Assembly (NCBI GenBank): GCA_030750465.1
Contig: JASMHZ010000001.1
Location: 47,203-110,012, forward strand
Origin: Candidatus Peribacteraceae bacterium
GTDB taxonomy: Bacteria > Patescibacteriota > Gracilibacteria > Peribacterales > Peribacteraceae
Length of the DNA stretch: 62,810 nucleotides
Direction: 5' to 3'
The notes under the pieces were generated by a model. It was not told where the DNA came from, did no database searches, and saw only the letters and a list, made by a program, of their open reading frames with translations. Positions 26,685 through 35,959 of the stretch are shown piece after piece. A program made the position numbers and the translations under genes. Positions within the stretch are counted from its first letter, which is position 1. Each line of letters starts with the position of its first letter.

Positions 26685-27605
26685 ATGAAATTCTCCTTTA
26701 TACGCCCCGCAAAATACTTTCTGATGCTTTCCGCAGCTTTGGTTGGAGTAAGCATAGTGCTTCTAATCTACCCAGGTCCTGACTTGTCGATCGACTTCAC
26801 AGGAGGAACCATGATGGAAATACGAATTCCAAGTTCCGCGACCAAGGATGATCTCGCAAATGCATTAAGCTCACTCGAATTCACTCAGGAAGAGGAAGAA
26901 GCCAAGGCTTCTATAGGCAACTTCTCAATTTCCGCAACCAAGGGGAACACTATGTTAATTAGAATGAGAGACCTAAGTAATCCTGAGCACTTGCAACTTC
27001 AAGCGCATATGAATGAAACTCTGGGAGAAACTGAGGAGCTTCAGTTTACAACTATCGGGCCCACCGTTGGAGCAAGTTTGAAGAAGAGATCTCTGTGGGC
27101 ACTTACAATTGCCTCGATAGCAATCGTGCTATACATAGCATTCGCATTTAGAAAAGTTCCAAGGAAACTAAGTCCTTGGAGGTTTGGACTAATCGCTGTA
27201 ATTACTCTTTTGCACGATGTTCTGATTACAGTTGGCATCTTTATAATCCTAAGCCAATTCACATCCTTCGAATTCGATACGTTGTTTGTAACAGCGCTTC
27301 TGACCATTCTCGGTTACTCGGTAAATGACACAATCGTTATCTTTGATCGTATTCGAGATAACCTTTTAACTCAGAATAGAGGTGAAGAGTTTTATATTGT
27401 TGCCGACCGAAGCCTAAAACAAAGCGTCACACGTTCAATCAACACTTCAGTCTCAACTTTAATAATGCTTTCGGCACTATTCATCCTTGGATCCGAAAGT
27501 ATTAAGTGGTTTGTTCTTACGCTGATGGTTGGAGCTATTATTGGAACATACTCATCGTTGTTTCTGGCAACACCATTGCTTGTTTACTGGAAAAAGAAGA
27601 ATTAA
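26685..27605 (+). CDS. secF: protein translocase subunit SecF
   Basis: 306 aa. DFTGGT near the N-terminus, a six-TM SecF pattern, and the LHDVLITVG.. / DTIVIFDRIRD blocks. Confidence 0.88.
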   Translation: MKFSFIRPAKYFLMLSAALVGVSIVLLIYPGPDLSIDFTGGTMMEIRIPSSATKDDLANALSSLEFTQEEEEAKASIGNFSISATKGNTMLIRMRDLSNPEHLQLQAHMNETLGETEELQFTTIGPTVGASLKKRSLWALTIASIAIVLYIAFAFRKVPRKLSPWRFGLIAVITLLHDVLITVGIFIILSQFTSFEFDTLFVTALLTILGYSVNDTIVIFDRIRDNLLTQNRGEEFYIVADRSLKQSVTRSINTSVSTLIMLSALFILGSESIKWFVLTLMVGAIIGTYSSLFLATPLLVYWKKKN

Positions 27606-27620
27606 TTTCCCCTCAAGACT

Positions 27621-28901
27621 ATGCCCAAAGATTCCACCCTCCCAAAGAAGGACAAAGCCGGCCGAATTACCTTCTCCGTTTCTTTTACAGAAGATCAAGT
27701 AAAGCCTGCTGAAGAGAAAGCGCTCAAGAAACTCAGCTCTAACGTTAAAATTGAAGGATTCCGTCCGGGCAATGCGCCAGCGGATATGCTTAAGGATAAG
27801 GTAAGTCCTGACCAATTAATGGAAGAAATCATCAGAGAACTTTTGCCGGAGACTATTAATAAACTTGCGAAAGAGAATGATTTGAAGCCTATTATTCCGC
27901 CAAAGATCGAAGCCGAATCACGTGAACCTCTTACTCTGTCACTGACTTTTGTTGAGCATCCCGAAGTAAGCATTAAAGGAGCCGACAAGATCAAGATTGA
28001 AAAGAAGGATGTAAAGATCGATGATAAGGAAATGGATCGAGCTATTGGTTACATTCTTGATCAACATAAGAAAACTACGGAAGTAGATCGAGAAGCCAAG
28101 GAGGGTGATCAAGTTACTATGGACTTCCGAGGCGAGGATGAGAACAAGAAGGAAGTAGAAGGTACGAAAACCGAAGGCCACCAGGTTGTTATCGGATCAA
28201 AGATGCTTATTCCCGGGTTTGAAGATGAGCTTAAGGGGCTAAAGAAGGGCCAGGATAAATCATTCACTCTTAAGTTCCCGGAAAAGTACCATGCCGAGCA
28301 TCTTCAGAACAAACCTGTTACGTTTCATGTAAAGATCAAACAAGTTGATGAAGTGGACAAGCCGGAGCTTGACGACAAATTTGCCAAAGAGCACATGGAC
28401 GCCGAGTCGGCAGATGACTTGAAGAAGAAAATAAAAGAATCAATGGAAGCAGAAGAAAATAGAATAGATCGCCAGCGAAGAGAAACGGAGCTTTTTGAAA
28501 AAATTAGGGAAGCAACCAAGGTCGAGCTTGCACCGGAGCTGATTGAGGAAGAAGCTCGGGATCTTTTTGAGAACTTTGCACAACAATTAAAACAGCAGAA
28601 TCTAGATTTTGGAGAATGGCTAAAGAAAGCCGGTAAAAAACCAGAAGAACTTAAAAGCGAATTCGACAATCAGGCAAAAGACAGACTGACTTTGAGGATG
28701 GGAATCCAACAAATTGCCGAATCTAAGGAAATTGATCTGACCGATAAAGAAGTCGAGGAGGCTGTCACAACTTTTCTAGCTCCCCTTCCTCCGGAAGAAC
28801 AAGAAAGAATTAAACCTATGTACAAAAAGGGCATGCAGGGATGGGAACAGATTAAATGGCAAAAGAAAGTTGAGAAGTTGATCGAGATGATGCTGAGCTG
28901 A
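27621..28901 (+). CDS. tig: trigger factor
   Basis: 426 aa. It has an N-terminal ribosome-binding region (FRPGNAP), an FKBP-type PPIase middle (GDQVTMDF..IPGFEDEL) and a helical C-terminal arm domain. Confidence 0.88.
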   Translation: MPKDSTLPKKDKAGRITFSVSFTEDQVKPAEEKALKKLSSNVKIEGFRPGNAPADMLKDKVSPDQLMEEIIRELLPETINKLAKENDLKPIIPPKIEAESREPLTLSLTFVEHPEVSIKGADKIKIEKKDVKIDDKEMDRAIGYILDQHKKTTEVDREAKEGDQVTMDFRGEDENKKEVEGTKTEGHQVVIGSKMLIPGFEDELKGLKKGQDKSFTLKFPEKYHAEHLQNKPVTFHVKIKQVDEVDKPELDDKFAKEHMDAESADDLKKKIKESMEAEENRIDRQRRETELFEKIREATKVELAPELIEEEARDLFENFAQQLKQQNLDFGEWLKKAGKKPEELKSEFDNQAKDRLTLRMGIQQIAESKEIDLTDKEVEEAVTTFLAPLPPEEQERIKPMYKKGMQGWEQIKWQKKVEKLIEMMLS

Positions 28902-29117
28902 CGACCTCATCCCCCCGTCCCCCTTCTCCTGCTACACAATTGGTAACTGTATGTTTTGTTATGCAATTGAATTATTGATTAACAGGAGAAGGGGGGCTAT
29001 GCCATAGGCGTAGTTCCCCCTCTCCTCCTCAATTTATATTGTCACTACAACAGAAACATCTGTTGCTCATAAACGTATGAGGAGAGGGGGCTAGGGGGCG
29101 AGGTCGGGATGAGGTCG
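28902..29117. repeat. compound nested palindromic element filling the tig/relA convergent spacer
   Basis: Outer repeat is CGACCTCATCCCC...GGGATGAGGTCG. Inner long-loop hairpins are CCCCCTTCTCCTG..CAGGAGAAGGGGG and CCCCCTCTCCTC..GAGGAGAGGGGG. Confidence 0.85.
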
Positions 29118-31052
29118 TTATTTCCACCAAGCTTTTATCATCTTGCCTGGATTTGCCTGCCCGACAACTTTGCATCCATCTTTGTGGATAACAACCTCGC
29201 CGGATCTGTTAATGATTCCAATAATATCAACCTTTGCCCCTTCATCCGGAGAACACCCTTTCGCAAATCTGACAGGCATCGGAAGACCACCCTCCAACTC
29301 AACTTTTTTACCCTTAAGCGCTTGTTTGGGAGGAGTCTTGCGGAGTTCGTTCTTTTCAAACAACTTTTCTTTTCCTTTTAGCGCCTCCAGATACGGAAGT
29401 ACGGATGCAGCATTCTGCGAACCTTGTCCAACTTTCACCAAAATGTCTTCGCGCCTGGTCAAAGGCAGAACTTCGCCGTTATATATTCTGAGTAAACTCA
29501 AATCGCTATCCAAAATCGGAAGGCGGCGCTTTTGCAGATCCGAATTCATTAACTCGCGTCCCTTGGTAATAAATTCTCCCCTTCTTTGCAAATGAAGATG
29601 GCGCCTGAGCTTCGATCTGGAAGAAGACATTTTTAGCATTTGCATCCATTGAGGAGATGGACGAGGTGTTTTGTGTTTAGCAACTTCAACTACGTCACCG
29701 TTCTCCAACTCATGGTCAAGAGGGACTATCGAACCATTTATCTTGGCTGAATGAAATGCAAGCCCAAGATCAGTATGAACCTGGAAAGCGAAATCCAAAG
29801 GTGTAGCCCCCTCAGGAAGTTCTACAACTCCTCCTTTTGGAGTAAGAACATAAATGTGATCAACTAATGTCGAACTTTCCTCCTCCTCGCCGATTGATTC
29901 CTGCATGGAGAGCATCTTTTTAAACTGAGCTCGTTCAAGCGCATGGCGAGTTGCACCATATTCTTTATAACTCCAATGCGCTGCAATACCAAACTTCGCT
30001 TCGCGATGCATCCTCTTGTTTCTTATCTGTACTTCGATAAAAGTATCTTGCGGAGTCCCCGGCAATTGCGCCAAAGTTGTGTGAAGACTTTGGTATCCAT
30101 TCGGTTTGGGGAAAGATATGAAATCTTTGAATCTATTAGGAAGAGGCCTCGCCAACTTGTGCATATAACCAAGAGCTTTGTAACAGTCTTCTGTTGAATT
30201 AACAACAACTCTGATTGCATATAAATCATAAACATCCTGAACAGAAGAGAGTCCCTTGGAAGTCATTTTTCGGAAAATACTATATGGCTGTTTTTCTCTG
30301 TGCTCTATAAGAACTTCAATGTCATTCGAGTTCAAAGAATTTTGAAGATATTCAGTAGTTTCCCATAAAAAGTCTCCATTCTGTTCGCGAATTTGCTGTA
30401 ACTGCTCTTCAATTCGCTGAGCATCAGAAGGGTAACAAATCGGAAAAGCCCTTCTTTCGAGTTCATGCTTAAGATTATAAATACCAAGTCGAGCCGCAAC
30501 AGGTGCATAAAGCCTGAGTACCTCATTCGATATCGTGCGTGCCAGATCCTTTCCCAATCCATGATGATGATCCAATAAGTGGCATCTGTCGCACAATGTG
30601 ATCAAAATCGTTCGCACGTCATCAGAAACACTCAGAAGAACCAAACGAAGATCGTCAATTGAACCTTTACTCTGATTCATTTCGATGCTGGATAACAAAT
30701 GCACTCCGCTAATAAGCGACCTTACAGTGGGGCCAAAACGCTCCTCCAGTTCCGTAAGAGTTAGGCCATCTTTGAAGACTGCATGATGCAAGATACAAGC
30801 AATGATTGTGTCTTCGTCAGGCTCAAAAGGAAGAAGGATATTAAGTACACCGATAGAGTGATCCAAATAAGTAAGACCGGTTCTATGCATTTCCTCTCCG
30901 TACAACTCTTTTGCAAACTCAAAAGCCTCCGCCACTCGCGTGTGATTGAATTCTTTATTCTCTTTTCTAATTCGATCGAGAACGGACGTTATGTCTATGA
31001 CATCAGTTACCATTGGACTTAAGATTCTAGTGTCTGAGTTGGGATTTGGCAA
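29118..31052 (-). CDS. bifunctional (p)ppGpp synthetase/hydrolase, RelA/SpoT family
   Basis: 644 aa with HD hydrolase, RelA_SpoT synthetase (..YAIRVVV..GYQSLHTT..), TGS and a C-terminal ACT-like domain. The start is either TTG 31052 or ATG 31013. Confidence 0.88.
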   Translation of the reverse strand: MPNPNSDTRILSPMVTDVIDITSVLDRIRKENKEFNHTRVAEAFEFAKELYGEEMHRTGLTYLDHSIGVLNILLPFEPDEDTIIACILHHAVFKDGLTLTELEERFGPTVRSLISGVHLLSSIEMNQSKGSIDDLRLVLLSVSDDVRTILITLCDRCHLLDHHHGLGKDLARTISNEVLRLYAPVAARLGIYNLKHELERRAFPICYPSDAQRIEEQLQQIREQNGDFLWETTEYLQNSLNSNDIEVLIEHREKQPYSIFRKMTSKGLSSVQDVYDLYAIRVVVNSTEDCYKALGYMHKLARPLPNRFKDFISFPKPNGYQSLHTTLAQLPGTPQDTFIEVQIRNKRMHREAKFGIAAHWSYKEYGATRHALERAQFKKMLSMQESIGEEEESSTLVDHIYVLTPKGGVVELPEGATPLDFAFQVHTDLGLAFHSAKINGSIVPLDHELENGDVVEVAKHKTPRPSPQWMQMLKMSSSRSKLRRHLHLQRRGEFITKGRELMNSDLQKRRLPILDSDLSLLRIYNGEVLPLTRREDILVKVGQGSQNAASVLPYLEALKGKEKLFEKNELRKTPPKQALKGKKVELEGGLPMPVRFAKGCSPDEGAKVDIIGIINRSGEVVIHKDGCKVVGQANPGKMIKAWWK

Positions 31053-31165
31053 GGATTTTCCTTATAAAAGGGCACAAAGGAAACAAAGGAGATAAAAGAG
31101 TTAAAGGATTAATAAAATATCTTTTGTCCCCTTTGCACCCTTTATCTCTTTTGTACCTTTTCTAA

Positions 31166-31609
31166 TTATTTTTCGAGCCATAATGTAACTGGCCCATCGT
31201 TCGTTAACGACACCTGCATGTAAGCTCCAAACTCCCCTGCTTCAACTTTTTTAACTCCAAGTGATTTTAATTTTTCTATGAAGTACTCGTATAACTTTTT
31301 GGCTGAAGCCGAATCCGCCGCCGCTGTGTAGTCTGGCCTGTTTCCTTTTTTTAAGTCCCCCGCCAAAGTGAATTGAGAGACGACTAATGCTTCGCCGCTG
31401 ATGTCCAAAAGTGATCGATCATTGATCTTCCCATTATCACCATCGAAAAGTCTTAAGTTGACTGCCTTTTCAGCTAACTTGTCCGCCTGACTCTCGGAGT
31501 CCCCCTCCATAACTCCAAGGAATAGGAGGTAACCTTGTCCAATTTCTCCGACGACTGAATCGGAAACTGATACCGAAGCGGAGGTAACTTTTTGGAGAAG
31601 GAGGCGCAT
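31166..31609 (-). CDS. dtd: D-aminoacyl-tRNA deacylase
   Basis: ATG 31609 (MRLLLQKV..). GYLLFLGV and SQFTL(A)GD motifs are present. The ORF-track N-terminal extension lies in repeat sequence. Confidence 0.88.
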   Translation of the reverse strand: MRLLLQKVTSASVSVSDSVVGEIGQGYLLFLGVMEGDSESQADKLAEKAVNLRLFDGDNGKINDRSLLDISGEALVVSQFTLAGDLKKGNRPDYTAAADSASAKKLYEYFIEKLKSLGVKKVEAGEFGAYMQVSLTNDGPVTLWLEK

Positions 31610-31623
31610 GGATAGATTGTAAC

Positions 31624-31863
31624 ACGACCTCGCCCCCAAACCCCCTCTCCTCCCTGTCCTGAGCTTGTCGTACTTCGACTTTGCTCAGTACGACCCAAAT
31701 ACCAAATATCAACCTTATCTCTGATAGACCCTGAGTTGATCGAATGGGTCGAAGGGTGCGGAGGAGAGGAGGGAACTATTCTAAAATTATGTAGCTCCCC
31801 TCTCCTGCTCACAGGAGAGGGGCCGGGGGTGAGGTCAGTTGAGAAGGTCCGGGGGTGAGGTCA
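31624..31863. repeat. compound nested palindromic element
   Basis: ACGACCTCGCCCCC..CCCCCTCTCCTCC...CTCCCCTCTCCTG-CTCA-CAGGAGAGGGGCCGGGGGTGAGGTC..GGTCCGGGGGTGAGGTC. This is the same family as 28902 and 60750. Confidence 0.8.
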
Positions 31864-31915
31864 CAACAGATTTCCAATTATCCGCAAGTTTTTAACGAAC
31901 AGAAAAATTGACACC

Positions 31916-32097
31916 TTGGGTTTCTTAAGTAAACTTCATCTCCGACCGAAGACCGAGGGCAGTTGGACGCAGTCCTTCTGTAAGCCCCTCCGAGGCCCAC
32001 AGCATCGACCGTTTGGCTCCGGCTTAATGTTTCGTGCCGTGCGCCTCGCTGGTCTCCCGGTCGTAAGGAACCAGCGATTTTTTATTCTGATAATTCT
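31916..32097 (+). promoter_or_regulatory. candidate L10 (rplJ) leader with transcription attenuator
   Basis: GC-rich structured 5' region directly upstream of rplJ. Hairpin TCGCTGGT..ACCAGCGA (32046-32077) is followed by TTTTTTATT and ends 12 nt before the ATG. Confidence 0.5.
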
Positions 32098-32799
32098 ATG
32101 GCGCTCACAAAGGATCAAAAGAAGGCACAAATAAAAGACCTGACGGACAAGTTCCAGTCAGCAGAGTCTGTAATGTTCGCACATTATATTGGAATGAGCG
32201 TTGCCGAGGTGAGCGAGCTTAGATCCAAACTAAAGGAGGAAGAAGCTGAAATGAAGGTTGCGAAAAAGACTTTGCTCAAACTTGCAGCAAAAGATACAAA
32301 AATACCCGAGTTGGATGATAGCCTGCTCGATGGTCCTGTTTCTTTGATATTCAGCTATTCAGATCCCCTTTCCGGAGCTCAGGTTGCATTCAAGTTTGGA
32401 AAAGACCACAGCCAAGTAGAACTTCTTGGCGGGATTTTTGATGGAAAAGTTTTAACAAAGGAAGAAGCAGTAGAACTTGCAAAGATGCCAGGGCGCGAAC
32501 AGCTGCTTGCAACATTCGCCAGCATGATCAGATCGCCTCTGACTACTTTTGCAGGAATGTGCGGGTCGCCATTGGGAGGATTCGCGCGTGCACTCGGTGA
32601 ACTAGCCTCGAAAAAAGAAACAGAGGTTTCAGAAGAAACAGAGGAAACAGAAGAGAAAGAAAAGGAGGGAAATAAGGAGGAAGAAGCCAAAACTGATGAT
32701 AAAACAGCAGAAACCAGTGAAGAAGAATCCTCTGATTCTTCTGTTTCTTCTGATTCTTCTGTTTCCTCATCGGAAGAGCCCGAACCCCAATCAGAATAA
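32098..32799 (+). CDS. rplJ: 50S ribosomal protein L10 with ~60-aa acidic/Ser-rich C-terminal extension
   Basis: 233 aa. The canonical L10 ends near ..ALGELASKK, followed by the tail [41 protein letters not shown]. Confidence 0.9.
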   Translation: MALTKDQKKAQIKDLTDKFQSAESVMFAHYIGMSVAEVSELRSKLKEEEAEMKVAKKTLLKLAAKDTKIPELDDSLLDGPVSLIFSYSDPLSGAQVAFKFGKDHSQVELLGGIFDGKVLTKEEAVELAKMPGREQLLATFASMIRSPLTTFAGMCGSPLGGFARALGELASKKETEVSEETEETEEKEKEGNKEEEAKTDDKTAETSEEESSDSSVSSDSSVSSSEEPEPQSE

Positions 32800-32846
32800 C
32801 TTTTAACTTTTCACTTTTAACTTTTCACTTTTTACCCCCTACTAAC

Positions 32847-33272
32847 ATGGCTGACGATGCAGCAGCAACAAAGGACGCAGTGTCCCTCTCCAAAGAAGAG
32901 AAGGCAGTAATCGATGCCCTCGAAAAACTTAACGTGGTACAGCTAAATAACGTCGTAAAATTCATGGAGCAAGAGTACGGCATCTCAGCCGCTGCTCCTG
33001 TTGCAGTAGCTGCTGCTCCTGGAGCCACAGGCGGAGGAGATGAAGGCGGTGCAGAAGAGAAAGCCGCTTACAACGTCGAGCTTACCGAATCAGGAGATCA
33101 AAAGATCGGTGTGATCAAGGTTGTACGCGAAATTACCGGACTTGCTCTCGGTGAAGCAAAGGCAATGGTCGACGGAGCACCTAAGGTAATTAAGGAGGCT
33201 GTCCCAACAGCAGAAGCCGAGGAAATGAAGAAGAAACTGGAAGGAGCCGGAGCAAAGGTTACTTTGAAGTAA
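32847..33272 (+). CDS. rplL: 50S ribosomal protein L7/L12
   Basis: 141 aa with an N-terminal dimerisation helix, an Ala/Gly hinge and the C-terminal domain ..[23 protein letters not shown].. Confidence 0.92.
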   Translation: MADDAAATKDAVSLSKEEKAVIDALEKLNVVQLNNVVKFMEQEYGISAAAPVAVAAAPGATGGGDEGGAEEKAAYNVELTESGDQKIGVIKVVREITGLALGEAKAMVDGAPKVIKEAVPTAEAEEMKKKLEGAGAKVTLK

Positions 33273-33297
33273 GTCTTTTTCTGCTAAACTACCCCTA

Positions 33298-34827
33298 ATG
33301 TCCTTCACGGTCCGCAAAATTGACGATAAGAAAAGGCGGCGCAAAGGGTTTCCTTGGAAATCCGTTGCCCTGAATACTCTGGAATTCGGCCGTCCCCTAT
33401 TACACTGGTATGAGGACTGGAAGAAGCGTTCTACGAAATCCAAAAAAGCCAAGAAGCGCGTTCAGTTTATGAAAAAGCTGTTGCTGATTCTAATCTCTGT
33501 ATTAGTCGCCCTCTTTATTCTGAATCTATTGGGAAGCGCACTTTTCTCTGTGCGAATTCTAAGTTTTTCACAATTAACGTCGATGGCAGGTACTCCACCT
33601 CCTGTTGACCGAAATGGATTCACAAATATTCTGCTGATGGGACAGGGCACCGTGGAGCATGACGGGAAGGATTTGACTGATTCAATAATGGTCGCAAGCG
33701 TCGACCCTCTTAATACAAAGAGTGTAGTTCTTCTGTCATTCCCAAGAGATTTGTATTTTCTGAATACAGAGAAAATGGGTAAAGGGAAGCTGAATACTTT
33801 CTATCGGGATTACAAAGGATATCTAAGGTATATGAAGGAACTGAGCAGAGATGATTCATCGCTTGAAGCTCTTAAGGAACTTGGTGCCGAGATTGGCAGG
33901 GTTCTGGAAATGCCGATTCATGGAGTCATAAAAGTAGACTTTACTGCCTTCGAACAAGCAGTAGATGAACTTGGAGGTTTGGATATAGAAGTTCCGTACG
34001 ACATTATCGATAATGAATACCCTGATGAAAACTTTGGATATGAACCATTCGAAATCCGAAAGGGTCCGAATCATTTGGATGGTAAAACTGCGCTTAAGTA
34101 CGCAAGAAGCAGATCCACAACAAGCGACTTCGGTCGATCGGCTCGACAACAACAACTTATAAAAGCAATGGGGACCAAAGCGAAGGAGACTGGATTCCAC
34201 AAGAAGTCCGGTACGATTGTGAATTTTATGAAGATTTATGCGAATAACGTGGAAACTACATTCGCTCTAAGGGAATTGGTTGGATTACTTTCATATGCGA
34301 CTGATATGGACCCTAATAATGTGATCACAATGCAATTAAGCGATCGTAATGCGCTTTATGATAGTTTCATTGAACCGGGAGGTTTCCTTTACACTCCACC
34401 TCGCAATCTTTTTGATGGAGCAGCAGTTCTTCTGCCTGTATCCATTCCCGAGTTCCCAGTTACATGGAAACAGATTCGAGGCTTAAGGAAGCTTTTGTTT
34501 GAATCACGAGATATTTATCTGGCAAAGCCAACCGTATCCATTCTTAATGCAGGAGCACCATCGGGCCACGCACGAAAACTGGCTACAGAGCTGACCAGAT
34601 TCGGATTCCCTGTTGATGTTATTGCTAATGCCTCGATGCCAAAACAAGAACAATCGATTGCAAGTTCTTCCGACGAAAAAACCAAGAGCTTCTTTGCCAG
34701 CTTGCTCAATATGAATCCAAGCGATATCCCTACCGAGCTTCCGACCGATGAAGTTAGGGAACTAACGATCGTAATTGGCAAAGATTATTCATATAAATCT
34801 CTTCAATCCTACATATTCACTGAATGA
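33298..34827 (+). CDS. LytR-CpsA-Psr (LCP) family cell-envelope transferase
   Basis: 509 aa with a basic N-terminal tail, a TM helix, LCP blocks NILLMGQG..DSIMVASVDP..LLSFPRDLY and a LytR_C-like end. An alternative start is ATG 33469. Confidence 0.8.
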   Translation: MSFTVRKIDDKKRRRKGFPWKSVALNTLEFGRPLLHWYEDWKKRSTKSKKAKKRVQFMKKLLLILISVLVALFILNLLGSALFSVRILSFSQLTSMAGTPPPVDRNGFTNILLMGQGTVEHDGKDLTDSIMVASVDPLNTKSVVLLSFPRDLYFLNTEKMGKGKLNTFYRDYKGYLRYMKELSRDDSSLEALKELGAEIGRVLEMPIHGVIKVDFTAFEQAVDELGGLDIEVPYDIIDNEYPDENFGYEPFEIRKGPNHLDGKTALKYARSRSTTSDFGRSARQQQLIKAMGTKAKETGFHKKSGTIVNFMKIYANNVETTFALRELVGLLSYATDMDPNNVITMQLSDRNALYDSFIEPGGFLYTPPRNLFDGAAVLLPVSIPEFPVTWKQIRGLRKLLFESRDIYLAKPTVSILNAGAPSGHARKLATELTRFGFPVDVIANASMPKQEQSIASSSDEKTKSFFASLLNMNPSDIPTELPTDEVRELTIVIGKDYSYKSLQSYIFTE

Positions 34828-35732
34828 CACCACGTGAAATAATTGCTAAGGCCTGGGCCATTACCAAGCAGGAGAGCCAGATTCGCCGCTGGGGATATGC
34901 CGCCGCGGTTGCAGAAACACTTTTGAATATAAAGCTTTTGATCTATCAGGTTTGGTTTTTAATATCGTATCTTCAAGGCGATCCTATCGGCTTCTTCACT
35001 GTTGAAGCTACTTTGATGAAACACATTCCAATGTGGCTCTTTATTACATTTATGGTCACACTTGTAATACTGCTAACTATTGAATGGCTTTTCCCGCATC
35101 TTTCACGTGGAGCAATAATCGGCTTGGCTGCAAAGAAACATAAGGGAGAAGAGGTTAAAGGAGGCTTGGTTCTAGCTATCTATAACTTCTTCCCAATTTT
35201 TGCGATACATGAGATCTTCTTTCTGGGAAGAGTAACAGTTGTTATAACGATAATTTCATTGCTTCTTAGGTATGCAGGTGCGATAGCTCCAATAGCAATA
35301 GGAATGCTCCTCCTGTTTTATTTCTGCTCGCTTTTGATCCACTTCTTCTGCATATTTGCGGAGGAGGCTGTAGTTATCAAGAAACTAGGGATTGGCGGAG
35401 CATTAAAAAATAGTTTCAAGTTGGTTATAAGCTATCTTGGACAAGTAATCTTCCTCTTGCTCTTATTCTTTGTAATTGTACTTAGAGTTATTCTGAACTT
35501 GATAATGGTGATCTTGATACCTGGAATTGTTATTGGAATCGGATTCCTACTCACGCTATTCTTGCCCATTACTATCAGCTACGTAACAGCCACAATTCTT
35601 GGATTGATACTAGTTGGCATCGCAAGCTACTTCTTTGCTTACCTTGCTGTATTCAAACAAACCATCTGGACAATTACTTACATGGAACTTAGTAAATTGA
35701 AGGAATTGGATATTATTGAGATTGAAGAATAA
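34824..35732 (+). CDS. polytopic membrane protein (hypothetical)
   Basis: 302 aa with about 7 TM helices. The start overlaps the LCP stop. Confidence 0.5.
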   Translation: MTPREIIAKAWAITKQESQIRRWGYAAAVAETLLNIKLLIYQVWFLISYLQGDPIGFFTVEATLMKHIPMWLFITFMVTLVILLTIEWLFPHLSRGAIIGLAAKKHKGEEVKGGLVLAIYNFFPIFAIHEIFFLGRVTVVITIISLLLRYAGAIAPIAIGMLLLFYFCSLLIHFFCIFAEEAVVIKKLGIGGALKNSFKLVISYLGQVIFLLLLFFVIVLRVILNLIMVILIPGIVIGIGFLLTLFLPITISYVTATILGLILVGIASYFFAYLAVFKQTIWTITYMELSKLKELDIIEIEE

Positions 35733-35850
35733 CAATCAGCACGCTTCGCTCTCAACAATCAACACAGCGCCTATGGCGCCTTTCAATTATTTACTAAGTT
35801 GTTGATTGTCGATTGTTGAAAGTGAGCGCAGCGAACGTGTCGATTGTTAA
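35731..35850. repeat. REP-like compound repeat (CAATCRAC family)
   Basis: AACAATCAGCACGCTTCGCTCTCAACAATCAACACAGCGCCTATGGCGCC ... GTTGATTGTCGATTGTTGAAAGTGAGCGCAGCGAACGTGTCGATTGTT. Confidence 0.8.
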
Positions 35851-35902
35851 GCATAAATTGTATCAATAACATCAAACCCAATATTTAACACACCATCCTC
35901 TA

Positions 35903-35931
35903 TTGACTGTGCACGTTCGTACACCTAAGAT
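35903..35931 (+). promoter_or_regulatory. candidate lexA promoter with operator-like dyad in the spacer
   Basis: TTGACT, then the 17 nt spacer GTGCACGTTCGTACACC, then TAAGAT. The spacer holds the imperfect dyad GTGCAC-GTTC-GTACAC. Confidence 0.4.
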
Positions 35932-35959
35932 GGTTAACAGAAGTTTCCCACCTGCCACT

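Noticed and set aside
31470-31812. ORFs 31470-31712 and 31474-31812, and the N-terminal extension of dtd (31610-31639).
   Set aside because: They are translations of the compound palindromic repeat. The dtd homology starts at ATG 31609.
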